Shown piece after piece: positions 59,464 through 64,000 of a stretch of 64,000 bases of DNA. The position numbers were made by a program, and so were the translations under genes. The DNA is from Corallochytrium limacisporum Hawaii. Lineage: Eukaryota > Protista > Pluriformea. A model generated the notes under the pieces. It searched no databases and was not told the origin of the DNA. It saw nothing but the letters and a program-made list of their open reading frames with translations. How positions within the stretch are numbered: the stretch's first letter is position 1; every line of letters starts with the position of its first letter. The stretch spans positions 41,226-105,225 of the forward strand of contig PDIP01000126.1 of assembly GCA_002811645.1 (NCBI GenBank). The letters run 5' to 3'.

Positions 59464-60140
59464 CAAAGAGCCAATTGTTGGACCCAATGAATAAAGTAAC
59501 ACGGAAATCCCAGTATGTACCACTGTTATAGGAGGTGCCATTTATTGAGTGAGCGTTGGTCAGGATGCGACCATGCTTTACCACTCTTGTGCTATAGGGC
59601 AAAGTAAAACTTGTGGTGCGCAATGGTTAACGGGGGTATCAAGGGCCCACCTCCCATCATCCTCTGTAAACAAGCGAATACGACCACTACAAACAAATAA
59701 ACCCTTCTTTCATGGGAAGAGCAAAACTCACTCTCGTTGAATCTATTCCTGCAGTTTGTTACGATTTCTTTGGTTTGTGTAGATCCAAATAGTGCGTTTC
59801 AAGTGTTATCATTGCTGTTGGGGGGAATCTGACGGAGATCAAGGACCCGTTGTGCCGATGGCATTTCCACCAGAGTTGCCGTTATTCCCGGAAACCCCCC
59901 CAACCCCCGCGCGGACAGTTTAGAAACTTTCTTCAAAGTGATCTTGAAAGTTAACATGTTGCAGAATTGGGAGTTGTAAGAATGGGGACTTCGCACTGCT
60001 GCTTGATACCAGTCGACTGATTGACTTACTGCCAAACACATAGTAAATTGTGCTGCAGGGGAATACTCCATGGACCGATCTGCGCAGCTCTAATCCAAAC
60101 TAAGTTGACATCGGTACAATACCAGTGGACCCCTCTCCAT

Positions 60141-60758
60141 CTAGCAGCATCCCTTCTTCTGCTGCTGTTGTGCATTCTTGTTGACCGCAATCTTATTGGC
60201 GTTGGGGTTGGGCTTGGGCTGCACAGCCTTAAGGTCCATCTTCTTCTTAATGTCCCGTGCAATGGTCATGAAGGCCTCCTCAACGTTAATGTTGTTCTTT
60301 GCCGAGGTCTCCAGGAACTTGGCACCGTACTCGCCCGCAATCTTTTCACCACGCTCCTTAGGAACTTCACGCTTGTCTTCCATATCGCACTTGTTACCGA
60401 GGATCATTTTCTCGACCTCCTCGCTGGCATGTGCCTCAATATTGCGCACCCAATTCTTGATGTTCTCAAAGGACTGGGCGTTGGTAATGTCGTAGACGAG
60501 GAGGATACCCATGGCACCGCGGTAGTAGGCGGTAGTAATGGTGCGGAAACGCTCTTGTCCGGCAGTGTCCCAAATCTGTAGCTTGATCTTCTTACCGTCG
60601 AGCTCAATGGTACGGATCTTAAAGTCGATACCAATCGTGGAGATGAACGTGGAGTTGAACGCGTCGTCGGAGAAGCGGAACAACACACAGGTTTTTCCCA
60701 CACCGGAATCTCCGATAAGGAGGAGCTTGAAAAGGTAGTCATAGGCCTTGGTGGTCAT
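60141..60758 (-). CDS. RAB8: Rab8-family small GTPase
   Basis: [83 protein letters not shown] and a C-terminal GCC prenylation site. The start is ATG 60758 (tccaccATG); the ORF-track start at 60779 is TTG. Confidence 0.97.
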   Translation of the reverse strand: MTTKAYDYLFKLLLIGDSGVGKTCVLFRFSDDAFNSTFISTIGIDFKIRTIELDGKKIKLQIWDTAGQERFRTITTAYYRGAMGILLVYDITNAQSFENIKNWVRNIEAHASEEVEKMILGNKCDMEDKREVPKERGEKIAGEYGAKFLETSAKNNINVEEAFMTIARDIKKKMDLKAVQPKPNPNANKIAVNKNAQQQQKKGCC

Positions 60759-63696
60759 GGTGGATTGATTTGTGTTCAATTGAAAGGTCTACGCCCGAAA
60801 AATGAATGAATATTGGCTACTGGCACGAAATGATGCACACAATGTTATTACTTTCCCGGAATTGTTTTTTATGGACAACCTCGTTTCGCTTGAAAGCTAA
60901 GCAAAATATACTCAGAGATGGCCCTTAAGCAACAAAAGATGTAGAATAAATCACACAAACAAAAATTCAGAATTGCGTTTGTTTTTGCTTCCGTCCCGCG
61001 GGCTTCATAACACGAACCATTGCCCATTCGTGCACGCTTCAAGACGCTCACCATGAAGAACCTTTTCCCAGTGATGACTTAAACTTGCGCACTGTTGTTT
61101 GCTGCCAAAAAAGGAAGCCAAAACCCTTCAGAAACTCCAAGACTCTGTGTTGGTCACAAACGCAAGGAAAAGAAAACCTATCAGCACCCCCCCACACACA
61201 CACACACATCACACCGGGATCCGTTTCCCGTGCACAGCTTCCCGTGAATTTGGCAGTATGTACAGCATAAGCCAATAATACATGTATGTAGATATATATT
61301 TCTTCCTTTTAGCCCTACTACAGCTCAAAACTGTCACTCTCGCTCTCTCTCTCTCTCACACCCACTCCCGCGAATGCCCCCAAAGGCCGCCCTCGCTCTT
61401 CACGCCCCGTCCCCCCCTCCTCACTCTCTCTCTCTCTCTCTCTGTGTCTTTGTCGCTGTGTCCCATTCGTCTTTTTTCCGTCCGTGTGTGTTTTGGGTCA
61501 CCGCCAATCCTGCCCTCCCCTCATCTCCCCGGCCCGGAGGGGGGGGGGAGGGGGAGGCTGTTTTGGTACTGCGCCACCAACTCCCCCCCCCCAACCTCGT
61601 CTCCCTCTTTCTATTTTTTTTTCCCTTTTTTTTTCTCTTGCTTTCCCTCTCCCTGTTTTTTTTTTGGCCGTTACCACCACCCCAACCCTCCCCTGCCCGG
61701 GCGGTGGTGCTTGGTGCATGCACCAATCAAAGCACACCGGAGGCAGGCAGGACGGGAGGATGACGGGTGGCGCGGCAAGGGTCACACACCAGGGGTCAAA
61801 GGTCCCAAAGGGCAAAGGTCCCAAAGGGCGAGAGCGAGAGCGCGAGAGCGAGAGAGAGAAAAAAAACCGAAAGAATAGAAAGAAAGGGGGAAAAAAAAGA
61901 AGGAGAGGAAGGCCCCCCCGGGGGGGGGGGAGGGGGGCTGAGATGGCAGCAGAGAGACACTGAGAGAGAAAGAAGCTTTTTTTTTTGGTTCCTAGACCCG
62001 TACCGACGACGCTGGCCCAGTCTCCCTTCCATTCGTGGCGGACGACGGTTCACGGGTTGCACCGTTGCACGGCACGCAACAGCGAGGCCGAGGCGGTGGG
62101 AGGCTGCTAACTACTCACTCTTCTGCTCCCACTCCTCCTGAAAAGCGCAGTCAGCGCCTTCTCCTAACACCGGCCTTCCTGGCATAATTTTTATTCCTTC
62201 TTCTTCAGGAACTTCTTTCTTTCGGTGTTTTTTTTTCCCCTCCCTCGGCGCCCGGGGATTGTTCTTATGTCATCCATCGCCAGCGGGGGAACCCTTAGTT
62301 TTTCCTTTTACCCTGCGGGGTTGGGAGAGAAGAGGGAGAGGTCCGTTATAGACTCTTGGCAAGGGAGGGGCCTCACATCAACCACCAGCCACCTCCCTTC
62401 CGTCCGACCAGTGGAACAAGAAGGGAGGTAGTGAAGGTACTGCTGAAATCACGTTGTTGGGGTGAAAGGGGGGACGCTTCGGAACGGTTATTACCAATTT
62501 TTTCTTCCCCTTCTCTCGGTCCCTTCCTTCTTTTCTCTTTCTTTTATTTGTTGTCGTGACGAAGTTTCCGCTTCGTCTCCTTCTTCTCTTTCCTTATTTT
62601 TTTTTCTCGTTTCATTATAATCGGTCATCTGTTTCCTTTGCGTTATATTTCGTTCTTTTTCTTTTTTCTCCTTTCTTTCTTTCATATTTTTTTCTTCTTC
62701 TGTGTTTCCTTTGGTCTCTACCCTGATAATATCGATCCAGCTGGCTCGTGTCATTTTTTCCCCTCTTCGCTTCCCCCTTTTTATCTTCTTCCTTCCTTCA
62801 TTTCCCTCCACGCGCGACATATACTCACAGAACCGGGAAAATATAGAGTTTGTTCCCCAAAAATGATAGACAAGAGATCCTGGAAAACGAAATACGGGAG
62901 AGCCAAGATCGGGCGGTCCCGTCCAGTGCGGAGAGAAATAACAATATCAGGTAATCACGCAAATGAAGAATAAATTCAGAGCTTTGTATAATATAATTAG
63001 TATGAAATTAACACAATTGATAAAGGAACTATGCGTAACGGACCTATAGCATTGGAGCCGGTTGGAATTCGCGGGGAGGAGACCCCTCCCCCTCCCTCCC
63101 GGGCCCTACGGTACTGCGCCAGAGCACTGCAGCAGTCACGACCCCAAGGAAACCGGGGGAAGCACGCCCCGTTCCCTTCCTTCCCTGTCCTCTACCGTAC
63201 TTTCAGTATAGCAACTGCTTCCTTGCGAGCGATAACAATGAAGAAAACACACACACACACCCCCACCCCACCAAGACTTTGGGGGTCCCAGCCCGTTCGG
63301 ACTCAAGGCACACCGTAGGGTTTTTGCTGGCATCGTCTCACCCGGTGACAGCATCACGGGTGAACCCGGTACATTCACAACTGATTCGCAGCAGGCAAAG
63401 TCACCACCGCGTCCCGGGGAGGGGGGATCTTCTTTGCCCCTCGTCTTCTCGGTCCCTCTTTTCTTTCTTTTTCTTCATTTCCTTTGCTCCCATTTTTTTT
63501 CTCTTTCCTGTGCGCCGTGCGATTGTCCAGTGCTGCCATAGGCAGCCAATGACTGTGCCGCTGAGGCATACGAGCAAACCAGAGCCCAAATGACGACGCA
63601 CGCCACCCTTAAAAGCGGAGAGGGCACCCAGCTTCTCGCTGACTATGCCCCGGTGTGGCCCTTGGAGGCCCCCGGAGGGGGGTGGGGGAGGGGTGC

Positions 63697-63699
<3 letters not shown>

Positions 63700-63748
<49 letters not shown>
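63700..63748. repeat. (CT)n microsatellite of about 24 units
   Basis: Perfect dinucleotide run directly after a C-to-G tract. Confidence 0.95.
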
Positions 63749-63752
<4 letters not shown>

Positions 63753-64000
63753 AACTTTTTTCTACCGCTAAAATCCAAAAGCCTTAACTTCCTAACCGGC
63801 CCCTCCTTACCTCCCCTTCCCTGCCCTCTTTATTTCCCTTTCCCTTTTTTTTTCCTAGTATTTCTTGGTGCCAACTCACCCATTGGTTTTCTTGTTTTTC
63901 TCCAAACTTTCTGAACGCGGGCCAGTCACCAAGTCAGCCAAAGGGGAAGGAGGGGAACCCCCGGGGGAGTGGGGGGGGGCCGCAACAAATGAGTCACTAC

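Overview
Eukaryotic genomic scaffold with five N-gaps, most likely from a unicellular holozoan or other opisthokont. This is inferred from the animal-like Rab8, the TGEKP-linked C2H2 array and REV3 with two REV7-binding motifs. All recognisable genes appear intronless, including an 8-kb REV3. Ten protein-coding loci are supported: a membrane-anchored TM1410/GH114-like glycoside hydrolase with two Cys-rich repeats; a NADAR/YbiA N-glycosidase; a bacterial-like enoyl-CoA hydratase split by a +1 frameshift and ending in a tail anchor; two divergently transcribed orphan single-pass membrane proteins (one with Src-SH3 and Grb2-type motifs); a six-finger C2H2 transcription factor between two gene deserts; REV3; a Drp1/Dnm1-like dynamin; a CxC-type (cyanobacterial-like) ArsC; and Rab8. 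The main non-coding signal is a recurrent self-complementary poly(C)-then-poly(G) element that brackets most genes and coincides with the assembly gaps. I recognised no tRNA, rRNA, CRISPR array or intact mobile element. All homology calls come from motif recognition by eye, not from database searches.
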